Origin: a bacterium
GTDB lineage: Bacteria; UBA8248
Direction: 5' to 3'
DNA length: 64,000 nucleotides
NCBI GenBank assembly: GCA_965204535.1
Contig: CBDBEV010000001.1
Span: 2,880,001-2,944,000 of the forward strand
In this document: one piece after another, positions 19,236 through 29,529 of the stretch
Position numbering within the stretch: position 1 is the first letter of the stretch
Layout: each line of letters begins with the position of its first letter
The notes under the pieces: model-generated
The model's database searches: none
What the model was told of the DNA's origin: nothing
Seen by the model: the letters and a program-made list of their open reading frames with translations, nothing else
Translations under genes and position numbers: made by a program

Positions 19236-20516
19236 TCAGCCGAGACGCCTTAAAGCCTTGGCGCCGATGTCTTTTCGGAAATAAACGTCTTCCCAGTAAA
19301 TCAGGTCGCACGCCTCATAGGCGCGCGCGATGGCGGTGCGGATGTCCATCCCGCGCGCGGTGACGCCCAGCACACGGCCGCCTGCGGTCACGACTTCTCC
19401 TTCGTCGTTCAGGCTCGTTCCGGCGTGAAAGACGTGGACGCCGGGCAGGGCGTCGGCGTCTTCGATTCCCTGTATCGCGTCGCCGCTCCGGTAGGCGTCC
19501 GGGTAGCCGCCCGCCGCCATGACGACGCAAACGGCGGCGTCGTTCGAGTAGCGGATGGTCGTCTCGTGCAGCTTGCCCTCCACGCACGCCATGAGGACGG
19601 GCAGCAAGTCCCCCTCCATGCGGGTGAGCAGGGGCTGGCATTCGGGGTCGCCGAAGCGGCAGTTGAATTCCAGCACCTTCAAATCATCGCCCTGCACCAT
19701 GAGGCCGGCATAAAGAACGCCCCGATAGGGGGTGCCCCGCCTCGCCATGGCGCGGATGGCGGGCTTGACCACGGTTTCGAGCGTGCGTTCCTCCAACGCG
19801 CCCGAGAGCACGGGCGCAGGCGAATACGCACCCATGCCGCCCGTGTTGGGGCCGGTGTCGCCCTCGCCGATAGCCTTGTGATCCTGCGCCGAAGCCATCG
19901 GGAGCGCGGTTTCTCCGTCTGCGAAGGCGAGAAAACTCGCCTCCTCGCCCTCCAGGAATTCCTCGACCACGCACTTGGCGCCCGCATCGCCGAACGCTCT
20001 TTCCTCCATGATTTGCGCGATGGCCGCATGCGCGCTCGATGAGTCTGCGCAAAGGAGCACGCCCTTGCCGGCGGCGAGACCGTCCGCCTTCACCGCCCAT
20101 GCGCCGCCGCGCTCTGATACGAAATCTCTGGCTGCGCCTGCATCCTCGAAGACGCCGTAGGCGGCGGTGGGGATTCCCGCCTCGTCCATCAGGGCTTTGG
20201 AGAACGCCTTGCTCGCCTCGATGCGGGCGGCCTCGGCGGATGGACCGAACGCGGGGATTCCGAGCGCTTCGAGTTCATCCACCAGCCCCAGGGCGAGGGG
20301 GGCTTCGGGGCCGACGACGACCAGGCCCGGAGATTCTTCTTTCGCCAGCGAGAGAAGACCAGCGATGTCCTCCGCGCCGACGGGTACATTCCGCCCGACC
20401 CGGGCGGTGCCCGCGTTACCGGGCGCGCAGACTATCGTCTCCACGTCCGGGCTTTGGCTGAGCTTCCAGGCCAGGGCGTGCTCGCGACCGCCCCCGCCGA
20501 CAATGATGACCTTCAT
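19236..20516 (-). CDS. purD: Phosphoribosylamine-glycine ligase
   Basis: GGGGREHAL, KADGLAAGKGV, DTGPNTGGMGAYSP, EFNCRFGDPE. Confidence 0.97.
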   Translation of the reverse strand: MKVIIVGGGGREHALAWKLSQSPDVETIVCAPGNAGTARVGRNVPVGAEDIAGLLSLAKEESPGLVVVGPEAPLALGLVDELEALGIPAFGPSAEAARIEASKAFSKALMDEAGIPTAAYGVFEDAGAARDFVSERGGAWAVKADGLAAGKGVLLCADSSSAHAAIAQIMEERAFGDAGAKCVVEEFLEGEEASFLAFADGETALPMASAQDHKAIGEGDTGPNTGGMGAYSPAPVLSGALEERTLETVVKPAIRAMARRGTPYRGVLYAGLMVQGDDLKVLEFNCRFGDPECQPLLTRMEGDLLPVLMACVEGKLHETTIRYSNDAAVCVVMAAGGYPDAYRSGDAIQGIEDADALPGVHVFHAGTSLNDEGEVVTAGGRVLGVTARGMDIRTAIARAYEACDLIYWEDVYFRKDIGAKALRRLG

Positions 20517-20592
20517 CGGATGTTCCCGTGAGAAAATAGTGATGCCCACAACCTAAGGCGGCGCAAAAAAGGTGTCAAACGATCTGGACGCA

Positions 20593-21363
20593 TCAGCCCA
20601 TGTCGCCCAGGGCGTGCTGCGCGATGGTGAGGAGCGAGATGGGCGCGGTGTCTGCGCGCAGGATTCTGGGTCCCAGGGACACCGGCAGGAAGCCGCTCTC
20701 CATCGCCTGTTCCGCCTCCTCGTCCGTGAGGTCGCCCTCTGGGCCAGTCAGGATGGCGATGCGAAGGGGCGCGGTGGTTTTGCCTCCAGTCTCGCGTGAT
20801 AAAGCCTCTTTGACCGGAAGCGCATTTTCTCCCAGGAATCCTAAGATTTTGAGGTCGAAATCCTCCGTCGCAGCGAGAAACCCTCCCAGCCCTCCGAGCG
20901 GATGCGCAGCAGGCGGGGGCACGCGGTCGCACTGCTTGGCGGCTTCGAGGACGATGCGCCGCCAACGCCTGTGGCGCTCTGCGCTTCTCTTCTCCTGAAT
21001 CCTGACTTCACAGCGTTCGAGCGCGAGAGGATGGAAGGCATCGGCGCCCAGCTCACACCCTTTCTGGAGTACCCATTCGAAACGCTCCCCTTTGAGCAGG
21101 GGCAGCCCCAAGGCGACCGACAGGGGAGAGGGTGGTCTTTCGGGCAGGCGCTCGATGATTCTGGCGGTGCTCTCCCTAGCGGATATTGCCGTCAGTTCCA
21201 CCTTGTATTCACGGCCATCCTCGGTCGCGACACGGCAAATCGCGCCCGTCCCCATCTTGAGCACGCGGCGTATGTGCGCGGATTCCTCCGCCCCCAGGAT
21301 GACCTGCTCATCCTGAATCGCCTCTGGAGCGATGTAGAAAAGCCGCAGCCCGTCGCGCGTCAT
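20593..21363 (-). CDS. rsmE: 16S rRNA m3U1498 methyltransferase
   Basis: HIRRVLK, QKGCELG, EAAKQC, GPEGD, SLGPRILRADTA. Confidence 0.95.
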   Translation of the reverse strand: MTRDGLRLFYIAPEAIQDEQVILGAEESAHIRRVLKMGTGAICRVATEDGREYKVELTAISARESTARIIERLPERPPSPLSVALGLPLLKGERFEWVLQKGCELGADAFHPLALERCEVRIQEKRSAERHRRWRRIVLEAAKQCDRVPPPAAHPLGGLGGFLAATEDFDLKILGFLGENALPVKEALSRETGGKTTAPLRIAILTGPEGDLTDEEAEQAMESGFLPVSLGPRILRADTAPISLLTIAQHALGDMG

Positions 21364-22238
21364 GGTTTTATTGCCTCGATGCTCGCCCATTCCTCGATCC
21401 GGTTCGTATTCTCGACCCTGAAACCGGCTTCTTCGTAGATGCGGGCGAGCGTCTCCGCCCCCTCAAAACCGATTCCCGAGAGCACGGCCCGGCCCCCCGT
21501 GGCGAGCGTCCCGTGAATGAGCGGCGCGAGTTCTCTCAAAGCGTCAAGAAAAATGTTCGCCGCAATGAAATCCACCCGGCCCCACCATTCTCCAAGCGCC
21601 CCGGGCGTGAGCGTCGTGCCCAGCGCCGTCATGTGGTCTCCCACGCCGTTTCGCTCCGCAAGTGCAATGGTTTCCTCCACGGCTTTGGGGTCGAGGTCGA
21701 ACCCCGTTACGTGGTTTGCGCCATAGAGAAGGGCGGCGACGCCCAGGATGCCGGAACCGCAGCCTAAGTCCACCATACGCTCGGGAGGTTTTCGTGCGAA
21801 TTGGCGCTCAATTGCGAGGAGAGCCAGACGTGTGGAAGGGTGTCTGCCGGTGCCGAAGGCGAGGCCGGGTTCCAGTATCAACTCGACGCGCCCTTCGGGT
21901 ATTTCGTTTTCATCCCAGGGCGGCTTCACCCAGAGTTTCTCGCCGTACGCTTCGCCCTTGAAATGGCCGCGCGACCGGGCAACCCAGTCCTGATCCTCGA
22001 TGTTTTTTAACGTGATGGCGCTTTTCCCGACGCCCATGTCGGCGAGAAGCGCTTCTATCGCGCGGAGTTTTTGGGTCGCGCCGTCTTCCAAAGCGATGTG
22101 CGTGATGAGCACGGACGCGCCCCCCAAGCCATTTCGCTCCTCCACGGCGGAAGCGCCCGCCTCCAGTATCCGGGCGGAGGCGTCCTCGGCCAGGGTTTCA
22201 GAAACCTCGATGATGAGTTCGAGCCATTTTTTCTTCAC
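21360..22238 (-). CDS. prmA: Ribosomal protein L11 methyltransferase
   Basis: LEPGLAFGTGRHPST, DLGCGSGIL, ANI, LSGI. Confidence 0.95.
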   Translation of the reverse strand: MKKKWLELIIEVSETLAEDASARILEAGASAVEERNGLGGASVLITHIALEDGATQKLRAIEALLADMGVGKSAITLKNIEDQDWVARSRGHFKGEAYGEKLWVKPPWDENEIPEGRVELILEPGLAFGTGRHPSTRLALLAIERQFARKPPERMVDLGCGSGILGVAALLYGANHVTGFDLDPKAVEETIALAERNGVGDHMTALGTTLTPGALGEWWGRVDFIAANIFLDALRELAPLIHGTLATGGRAVLSGIGFEGAETLARIYEEAGFRVENTNRIEEWASIEAIKP

Positions 22239-22251
22239 AGGCTCTCGCGAT

Positions 22252-23337
22252 TTACTCCGGCAGGCGGACGACGGCCGAGCCCGCCGTCGCCAGCTCGCCC
22301 TCCTGGTTCGTTCCGGTGATCTCCACCTTCACGGTGCGCTCGGCCTCGTTTTTCTCGACCACCTCTCCCTTATGCCAGATGGTGTCGCCGTAGATCATGG
22401 GGCGGCGCACCTGGACGTAGAGGTTCTTCAGGAACGCGTCGTCCCCCATCCAGTTCGTGATGAAGGGGCTCACCCAGGCGAAGCGCATGACGCCGTTGTC
22501 GAAAGGTCCCGGCATCCCGCGCCCCGAGGCGAGGTTGAAGTCCTCGTGCTGCTGGGAGTTTTTCACCTGGATCCCGATCTGGGGGATCAGGACGGCGTTG
22601 TGCGGCGCTTTTTTGAGGTCGAGATAGCCGCGCCTGCCCGCCTTGTAGGAGGGGCCGTTGCCCGCGTTCCAGGCCACCATGTCGCCGATGGTGAGGGGGC
22701 CGCGGAGCATGGGCGGGAGCTCATCGCCGACCGATACGTCCCCAAAGCGGCGCTTCTCACCCCCTCGTCTTTCTTCGGCCTGGTAGGCGTTTTCGATTTC
22801 TTGGAATTCCGCCTCGTCGTACTTCTTGACGGGCCGCTCGTAGAGGAGCGTATTTCCTTCCTGCAGAGTCCTGATCATCGTGCCGATACCCCTGGCGACG
22901 ACCTCATCCGCCTCGTTCCAGTAGGTGCACTCCGAGATGATGAAGATGAGCTGTCGGCCCGCCTTGTTCGTCTTAACGAACGAATCCTTCTGGATGGATT
23001 CGGCGCGCAGCCTGGCTCCCTGGGAGACGGGTTTTTCCCACTCGAATTCCACGCCCCCGATGAGGGAGGAGAGGGGCACTTCCATGGGCGCACCGTGGAG
23101 GATCGGGTAGAGGACCGACACCAGAAACGCGGGCGGCGCCATGATGTCCTTGTGAGATGTGCCGGATGCGTATCCGGCGTCCAGCCAGAGCGGGTTGTCG
23201 TCGTCGATGCCGTAGGCGAAATGGCGGATGGCGTCGGCGCTCGCCTCGTTGTTCCACGCCTCGCGCTCGCGCACGGGCTTGCCGTTCAGTGCTTGTGTCT
23301 TCTCGATGAACTCATCGATATGTGCTTGATTCGACAA
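22252..23337 (-). CDS. Double hot-dog (tandem MaoC-like) dehydratase
   Basis: DAIRHFAYGIDDDNPLW..APP in the first domain; DVSVGDELP..QHED..GMPGPFDNG in the second. Confidence 0.8.
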   Translation of the reverse strand: MSNQAHIDEFIEKTQALNGKPVREREAWNNEASADAIRHFAYGIDDDNPLWLDAGYASGTSHKDIMAPPAFLVSVLYPILHGAPMEVPLSSLIGGVEFEWEKPVSQGARLRAESIQKDSFVKTNKAGRQLIFIISECTYWNEADEVVARGIGTMIRTLQEGNTLLYERPVKKYDEAEFQEIENAYQAEERRGGEKRRFGDVSVGDELPPMLRGPLTIGDMVAWNAGNGPSYKAGRRGYLDLKKAPHNAVLIPQIGIQVKNSQQHEDFNLASGRGMPGPFDNGVMRFAWVSPFITNWMGDDAFLKNLYVQVRRPMIYGDTIWHKGEVVEKNEAERTVKVEITGTNQEGELATAGSAVVRLPE

Positions 23338-23453
23338 TGTAGGATGCTCCTGTGTCTTTTGTACGAGGGTATACTGAATTGTGCGGTGAAATTCGATTTC
23401 TGGATGAGTTATGTAGCAGGAAATTCAGGGCGCAACAAGGCGGCCCGGGTCCC

Positions 23454-24539
23454 TCATTCGAGAAGGCCTCTCATCTTCTCCAGAAACGACCGGGTTCTCG
23501 GGTGCGTAGACGGCGAGGAGATTTTCTGGAACTCATCGAGAATTTCACGCTGGCGCTCGTTGAGCTTGGTGGGCGTTTCGATGATTACGCGAATGAGCAG
23601 GTCGCCCGTGTTGCGTCCGCCCGCCGGCGAGAGCCCCGCTCCCTTCAGGCGAAATACCCGGCCCGACTGGGTTCCCGCGGGAATCCTGATCGTCCGCGCG
23701 TCCTGGAGCGTGGGGGCAAGGGCTTCGTGGCCGAGGGCGGCCTGGGATATGCTCACCGGCAGGTCGAAGAGGATGTCGTTGCCCTCCCTTCGGAAAAGAG
23801 GGTGCGGCTTCGCACGCACCGTGACGATGAGGTCTCCCGCATCGCCCGATCGCGCCTCCTCATCGCCCTTGCCCTTGATCTTGATTTGAGCGCCCTCTCT
23901 GGTCGCGGCGGGAATCGTCACTCTCAGGTTCTCCCGCCTGCTAACGCGACCCTCTCCTCCACAGTCCCGGCATGCAAGACCTGTGTGAGCACCGTTTCCA
24001 TCACAAGCCGAGCAGGGAACCCACAACTCCGCGAGTCCCTGCCTGTAGCGAACCTCGCCCGCGCCCTTACACGCCGGACAGGCGCCCATCCGCGCGCCCG
24101 CCTCAAAGCCGCGGCCCTCGCATGAGGCGCAGCGGACGCGGCGGGAAGCGGGAATCTCTTTTTCGGAGTCCCGCTTCAGTTCCTCGAGTGTCACCTCGAC
24201 CTGGGCGTGCAAGTCCCGGGACTTGGGTTTTTTCTCATCCGCCGGCTCACGCGCGTTCTTGAAGATATGGGAGAAAATGTCCTCCCATTTTTCCTCGTAT
24301 TCGCCTCTTTGGCGCGCCGATTTCCGTCCCCGAGGCGTCCCGCCAAGGCCCGGGCGTTTCGGGTTTTGGAGGGTTTCGTGAGCGATGACGATCTGCTTGA
24401 AGCGCCTTTCGGCTTCCGCGTCGCCCGGGTTTCTGTCCGGATGGAATTCCAGGGCCAGCTTCTTGTAGGCGCTTTTAAGTCGGGACCCCGAGGGGTTTTT
24501 CTCCAGGCCCAGGATTTTCAGAGCGTCGGCGATCTTCAA
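23454..24539 (-). CDS. dnaJ: DnaJ chaperone
   Basis: J domain with HPD, four CxxCxGxG repeats, C-terminal substrate domain; G/F linker reduced. Confidence 0.9.
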   Translation of the reverse strand: MKIADALKILGLEKNPSGSRLKSAYKKLALEFHPDRNPGDAEAERRFKQIVIAHETLQNPKRPGLGGTPRGRKSARQRGEYEEKWEDIFSHIFKNAREPADEKKPKSRDLHAQVEVTLEELKRDSEKEIPASRRVRCASCEGRGFEAGARMGACPACKGAGEVRYRQGLAELWVPCSACDGNGAHTGLACRDCGGEGRVSRRENLRVTIPAATREGAQIKIKGKGDEEARSGDAGDLIVTVRAKPHPLFRREGNDILFDLPVSISQAALGHEALAPTLQDARTIRIPAGTQSGRVFRLKGAGLSPAGGRNTGDLLIRVIIETPTKLNERQREILDEFQKISSPSTHPRTRSFLEKMRGLLE

Positions 24540-24587
24540 GGAATCATGACCTCCGCCGGGGGGAGCCGGAAGGAAAGCGCGGTTCGT

Positions 24588-25640
24588 CTATCGCTCGCCC
24601 GAGGAGAGGAATTTCGACACCGAATCCGCCGTCCATTCCACCAGCGAGACGGCGCGATCGTAGCGCATGCGCTTGGGGCCGATGATGCCGATGCTGCCGA
24701 GCGGCCGGTCGTCCATATAGTAGCGCTGGGCGACGACGCTGCAGTCCTTCATCTCATCGAAATCGTTCTCCGAACCGATGAGAATGGTGATGTCCGAGGA
24801 TTCCAGGCACTTGTCCAGCAGGCGCACCAGCTTTTCCCGCTCCTCGAACGTGCGGTAGAGCGTCTGGAGCTTTTCGGCGTTGGTGGCGAAATCAGGCTGC
24901 GAGAACACGCGCGAGGCCCCCTCGACGAAAATGGATTCCTGCGCCGCTTCGCTTTCCGAGAGCGCCTCTTTGCTGAGTTTGAGGGCCTGCCGGTAGAGGG
25001 CGTCGAGGCCTTCGCGCGCATGGGCCATTTTCTGGATGATTTTCTCGCGCACCTCTCTTAAGGCGAGGCCGCCGAACTCCTCGTTCAGCATGTTCGATAT
25101 CCTGTTCAACTCGTCCTGGCTCATGGGGGTCTCGGTCGGGATGACGCGGTTTTGCACCACCCCGCTCATGGAGACGATGACGGCCAGGGTCTTTTCCTCC
25201 GACATCTTCACGAAGTTGATGTGCTTGAAGTGGAGCTGTTCCCCTGCGGGCAGGAGCACGAGCCCCGCCGTGTTCGTGAGTTCCGAGAGCACGCGCGTCG
25301 CCTGCGCGAGCACCTGTTCGATCTGGGCGGCCTGCGCGGAAGCGCCCAGGCGCATGGATTCCTGCTCCTCGCTCGTGAGGGTGTGAGAATCCATCAGATC
25401 GTCGACGAAGACGCGGTAGCCCAGGTCGGTGGGGAGCCTGCCCGAGGAGACGTGGGGCTTGGTCAGGAATCCCGCATCGGCCAGGTCGCTCATGATGTTC
25501 CGGATGGTGGCGGGGCTCAAGGCGATGTCCGCGTGTTTCGAGAGCGTGCGGCTCCCCACCGGTTCGCCCGTGTCCACGAAAGTGTTGATGATGGCGCGCA
25601 GGATTTCCCGGTTTCTCTGGGCAAGTTCCAGGGCGTCCAT
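24588..25640 (-). CDS. hrcA: Heat-inducible transcription repressor
   Basis: TGEPVGSRTL, LSPATIRNIM, PHVSSGRLPTDLGYRVFVD, GPKRMRY. Confidence 0.96.
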   Translation of the reverse strand: MDALELAQRNREILRAIINTFVDTGEPVGSRTLSKHADIALSPATIRNIMSDLADAGFLTKPHVSSGRLPTDLGYRVFVDDLMDSHTLTSEEQESMRLGASAQAAQIEQVLAQATRVLSELTNTAGLVLLPAGEQLHFKHINFVKMSEEKTLAVIVSMSGVVQNRVIPTETPMSQDELNRISNMLNEEFGGLALREVREKIIQKMAHAREGLDALYRQALKLSKEALSESEAAQESIFVEGASRVFSQPDFATNAEKLQTLYRTFEEREKLVRLLDKCLESSDITILIGSENDFDEMKDCSVVAQRYYMDDRPLGSIGIIGPKRMRYDRAVSLVEWTADSVSKFLSSGER

Positions 25641-25684
25641 TTCGCGAGTCTCCCGCTGAGGCGTCTTTCGCGCTGAATTTTGGT

Positions 25685-25711
25685 GTGGCACTCCGGCGCA
25701 TGGAGTGCTAA
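25685..25711 (-). promoter_or_regulatory. CIRCE operator upstream of hrcA
   Basis: Minus strand TTAGCACTC-N9-GAGTGCCAC versus consensus TTAGCACTC-N9-GAGTGCTAA; 45 nt upstream of the hrcA start. Confidence 0.9.
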
Positions 25712-25851
25712 TTTGTGCAAGATATGGGGCGATTTTCCCCGTGTCAAGGGCGCGGCGCCGGGGCGGGGAAAGGATTTCCCGAATTAGAAACCCGTACCCT
25801 GAGACCCGGCGCCGGGGCTGAGCGAAAGAGGCCGCTTTTCGAGGGAAGCCG

Positions 25852-28080
25852 ATGCCGAACGCATGGACGAGAGCCTTTCGAGTCATACGGAGGCGATGGT
25901 TCGGGCGGCGGACGCCGCCGCGCGACGAGACGATCCATGAAACCGGGGATTCGGCGCGTTCACGCATCGCCCGCTCACGCCGGGCGAACCGGAAGTTCCA
26001 GTACTGCACGATAGGCGCGACGTTCGTGTTGATAGTGATATTGAGTTTTCTTTCCTATCGCATCTACGTGGATACCAAGATCGAGATAGAGGAAAGATCC
26101 AATCGCCGGCAGCTTCTTCTCGTGGAGCAGGCCGGCGATCGTATCGCCTCCTTCCTGGAGGCGCTCACGGCCTCTTTGCGCTACAGCGCGGGGTTTCTGC
26201 GCACCATCGAGCCCGATCATCCCGGACGTATGGCGGTGATGATGGGGCTGTATGAAAGGCTGGGCGGAGGGTTTCAGGTAAATGAACTGGGCTACCTGCA
26301 GGGAGCGGGTCAGCAGATCGCCGCGATTCCCGAGGGATTACTCGAAAAACTCGCGAACTGCTCCTTGTCGCAGGGCGCCTGCATCATCGTGATTCGCGAT
26401 GAAGCCCAAAGGGTTTCCTCCCTGTTCGCGGCTGTCCCCGTGGCGTTAATCGGGGATGAGACCGAAGGATCCGAGGCGCAGAGAAAACGCGACTGGCTCT
26501 ACGCGCGAATTGCCATGCCGAATCTGGTGCGTTCCTTCATCGAACCCGTTCAATCGGGCGGTCGCGAGCGGGCGTGGCTCGTGGACGGCGAAGGCAGAAT
26601 CATCCTCCCTCCGGGCATCCCCCGGCTGGAGGGCGTTCATTTGTCCACCCTCGCGCGTGAGCTGCGGGATGAGAGGCTCGAAAAACTCGTTGGTCGGATG
26701 AAGAAAGAAGTGAAAGGGTTTGACTGGCACCTCGACTTGAGACCCGGGAACGAAGAAAAACGCATGCGTTACCTGACGGCATTCAGCAACTTCCCGGTAG
26801 GGGGCGAGAAATGGACTTTCGCCCTCACGGCGCCGTCCACCGAGTTCGTCGGGTTAATCGGACGACTTTTCCGAAAAGGCTGGCTGTTGACGGGTTTCGG
26901 GTTCATCGCCCTGGTTCTGGCGGCTCTTTTGATACTCGACCGTGAGCGCAGGCGCATACGGGCCGAGGACAGAATCATCTGGTCCCAGCAGGTGTTCGAG
27001 AGCAACAGGCGGCTTCAGGCGCTGTTCGACGGCATCACGGACGCCATCGGCATTCTGGACAAGGATTTCCGCATACGGATGCTCAATCGCTCGATGGGGA
27101 GGCTCTTCGGGCGCGATACGTCCGATTTGCTGGATCAGAAATGGGAGATATCGCCGCTCACCCCGGTGCCGGAGTCATTCGTCGAGCGCGCCATCGTGGT
27201 CGACACGTTCGCGACCGGCGAGCCGGGTTTTTTCGAAAAGTCGATTTCATGGGAAGATGGACGCCGGATGGCTATGGAATACTATACCTACCCGATTCTC
27301 GACGCCTCGGGAGCGACGTTGCAGGTGATTTTGTATTTGAAGGACGTGACGGAGCGCAAGGCGCTCGAAAAAGAGGTTCTCCAAAGCGAGAGGCTCTCGA
27401 TCGTCGGCAAGATGAGCGAGCAGGTGGCGCATTCCATACGCAACCCTCTCTCGGCCATCAACCTGAGCGCGGAATTGCTCGGCGATGAGTTGTCGCAATT
27501 CAAGGGGGCGGACACCTCCGAGGCGTGGGCGCTGCTCAAATCCGTGAGGGCGGAGGTGGCTATCCTCAGCCAGGTGACGGCCGATTATCTCAAATTCGTG
27601 CGCATGCCCAGTCTGGAGAGAACGCCTATCAACTGCAACGAAATGATTGAGGATTTGCTGGACCTGCACGCGGAAGTGGCGGCGAGCAGAAAAATCCAGG
27701 TCGAAAAGGAACTCGAAAGGGACATCCCCGAGGTCGTCCTGGATGAAACGCAAATGCGCGTCGCGATTCAGAACCTCATCTTGAACGGTTTCGACGCAAT
27801 GCCCGACGGCGGTCGCCTCCTGGTGAAAACGGAACTCGAAAACCGGCATCTCGCCATCCGCATATCGGACAGCGGGGAAGGCATCAGCCGCGAGGATCAG
27901 GCCTCGTTGTTCACGCCGTTTTTCACGACGAAGGCGAACGGAACCGGCCTCGGCCTCGTGTTGAGCCGGCAAATCATCACCGAGCACGACGGCGGCATCC
28001 ACTTCGAGAGCAGGGAGGGGGCGGGCGCCACCTTCATCGTCGAACTCCCGCTCCCGGTTGCGCAGGAGGCGAAGGCATGA
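25852..28080 (+). CDS. Membrane sensor histidine kinase (periplasmic Cache-like domain, PAS, HisKA, HATPase); start uncertain
   Basis: Two TMs, VAHSIRNPL H-box, NLILNG, DSGEGI, FFTTK..GTGLGL. Confidence 0.9.
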   Translation: MPNAWTRAFRVIRRRWFGRRTPPRDETIHETGDSARSRIARSRRANRKFQYCTIGATFVLIVILSFLSYRIYVDTKIEIEERSNRRQLLLVEQAGDRIASFLEALTASLRYSAGFLRTIEPDHPGRMAVMMGLYERLGGGFQVNELGYLQGAGQQIAAIPEGLLEKLANCSLSQGACIIVIRDEAQRVSSLFAAVPVALIGDETEGSEAQRKRDWLYARIAMPNLVRSFIEPVQSGGRERAWLVDGEGRIILPPGIPRLEGVHLSTLARELRDERLEKLVGRMKKEVKGFDWHLDLRPGNEEKRMRYLTAFSNFPVGGEKWTFALTAPSTEFVGLIGRLFRKGWLLTGFGFIALVLAALLILDRERRRIRAEDRIIWSQQVFESNRRLQALFDGITDAIGILDKDFRIRMLNRSMGRLFGRDTSDLLDQKWEISPLTPVPESFVERAIVVDTFATGEPGFFEKSISWEDGRRMAMEYYTYPILDASGATLQVILYLKDVTERKALEKEVLQSERLSIVGKMSEQVAHSIRNPLSAINLSAELLGDELSQFKGADTSEAWALLKSVRAEVAILSQVTADYLKFVRMPSLERTPINCNEMIEDLLDLHAEVAASRKIQVEKELERDIPEVVLDETQMRVAIQNLILNGFDAMPDGGRLLVKTELENRHLAIRISDSGEGISREDQASLFTPFFTTKANGTGLGLVLSRQIITEHDGGIHFESREGAGATFIVELPLPVAQEAKA

Positions 28081-29456
28081 GCGACCACGCCGGGGCGCGC
28101 GTGCTGGTGGTGGACGACAAGCGCGGCAGCCGCGAGGCCCTCCAGAAGATGATCACCAAAGAGGGGTTCGACGTCGCCATGGCGCACGACGCGGAAACCG
28201 CCGCAGAGATGTTCGGCGCGGAACCCGCCAATCTGGTGATCACCGATCTCAGAATGCCCGGAATGGACGGCATCGGCCTGCTCAAGGAGGTGAAGCGTCT
28301 CAGCCCGGATACGGAAGTGATCCTGATCTCCGGCGCCGGGAGCATCGAGTCGGCCGTCGAGGCGATGCGTGAGGGGGCGTATGATTTTCTCACAAAGCCC
28401 CTGGAGCGCGTGGTTGTCCTCAAGGCGATAGACAAGGCGCTCGAAAAACAGGCCCTCCTGCGCGAGAACGCGGATTTGCGGGCGCAACTCCAGAGCCTGA
28501 GAGACACCTCGGGCATGATGGGGGACCACTCCTCGATTCGCCGGGTGAAGGACATGGTTCGCCAGGTCGCGCCCACCTCCGCCACGGTGCTTATACTGGG
28601 CGAAAGCGGCACGGGCAAGGAACTGGTGGCGAACGCCCTGCACGAGGGAAGCGAGCGGGCGGGCAAGGCGATGGTGAAGGTGAACTGCGCGGCACTTCCC
28701 GAGACGCTCCTCGAGAGCGAGTTGTTCGGCTACGAGCGCGGGGCGTTCACGGGCGCGGCGGGCCGGAAGGAGGGGCGCTTCAAGATCGCGCACGAAGGCA
28801 CGCTGTTTCTCGATGAAATCGGGGATATGCCCCTCGTTTTGCAGCCGAAGATTCTTCGGGTTTTACAGGAAGGGGAATTCGAGCGCGTCGGTGGGACGGA
28901 GACTTTGAAGGTGGACGCGCGTATCGTGGCCTCCACCAACGCGGACTTGCAAACCGCCGTGGCCGACAAGAGGTTTCGCGAGGATCTCTATTATCGCCTG
29001 AACGTGATCACCATCCACATGCCGGCCCTGAGGGACAGGCGCAGCGATATTCCGCTGCTCGCCGAGCATTTCCTCCAGCGCTTCGCCGCGAAGAACAACC
29101 GGCCCGTCCTCGCGTTTTCGCGCGAGGCGCTCGATGCGATGTCGAACTACCATTGGCCGGGAAATGTGCGTGAACTCGAAAACATGGTGGAGCGCGCCGT
29201 GGTGCTGAGCCGCGGAGAGATTCTCTCGGTGGATGATTTGCCCGCGCAAATCGCCCGGGGCGAGCCCACGAATGGGGAGCAGTCCGTGGCGTCGGACTCG
29301 CCACTCATCAATCTCGAGGTCGGCACCCCGCTCGCGGAAGTCGAGCGGCGGGTCATTCTGGAGACTCTCCGGTATACGGGCGGCGACAAGAGCGCCGCCG
29401 CACGCCTCCTGGGAATCGCCACGCGCACCATATACCGGAAGCTGGACGGGAACTGA
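28077..29456 (+). CDS. Sigma54-dependent response regulator (NtrC/AtoC family)
   Basis: Receiver VVDD/TDLRMP, GESGTGKE, GAFTGA, WPGNVREL, Fis-type HTH. Confidence 0.95.
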   Translation: MSDHAGARVLVVDDKRGSREALQKMITKEGFDVAMAHDAETAAEMFGAEPANLVITDLRMPGMDGIGLLKEVKRLSPDTEVILISGAGSIESAVEAMREGAYDFLTKPLERVVVLKAIDKALEKQALLRENADLRAQLQSLRDTSGMMGDHSSIRRVKDMVRQVAPTSATVLILGESGTGKELVANALHEGSERAGKAMVKVNCAALPETLLESELFGYERGAFTGAAGRKEGRFKIAHEGTLFLDEIGDMPLVLQPKILRVLQEGEFERVGGTETLKVDARIVASTNADLQTAVADKRFREDLYYRLNVITIHMPALRDRRSDIPLLAEHFLQRFAAKNNRPVLAFSREALDAMSNYHWPGNVRELENMVERAVVLSRGEILSVDDLPAQIARGEPTNGEQSVASDSPLINLEVGTPLAEVERRVILETLRYTGGDKSAAARLLGIATRTIYRKLDGN

Positions 29457-29529
29457 TCGCTCGCATGCCGCCCGCCCCATGAGCGGGTTGTGGTAAGGTG
29501 TGGCGCGGGAATTTTCCGGGAGTTTGCCG

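Noticed and set aside
24588-26009. Extended 473 aa HrcA, and the extended starts given for glgC (8703), the Gfo/Idh/MocA gene (13066), idrB (58801) and the first idrP (59876)
   Set aside because: The extensions overlap neighbouring genes or the CIRCE operator. The shorter starts match family N-termini and most have an RBS.
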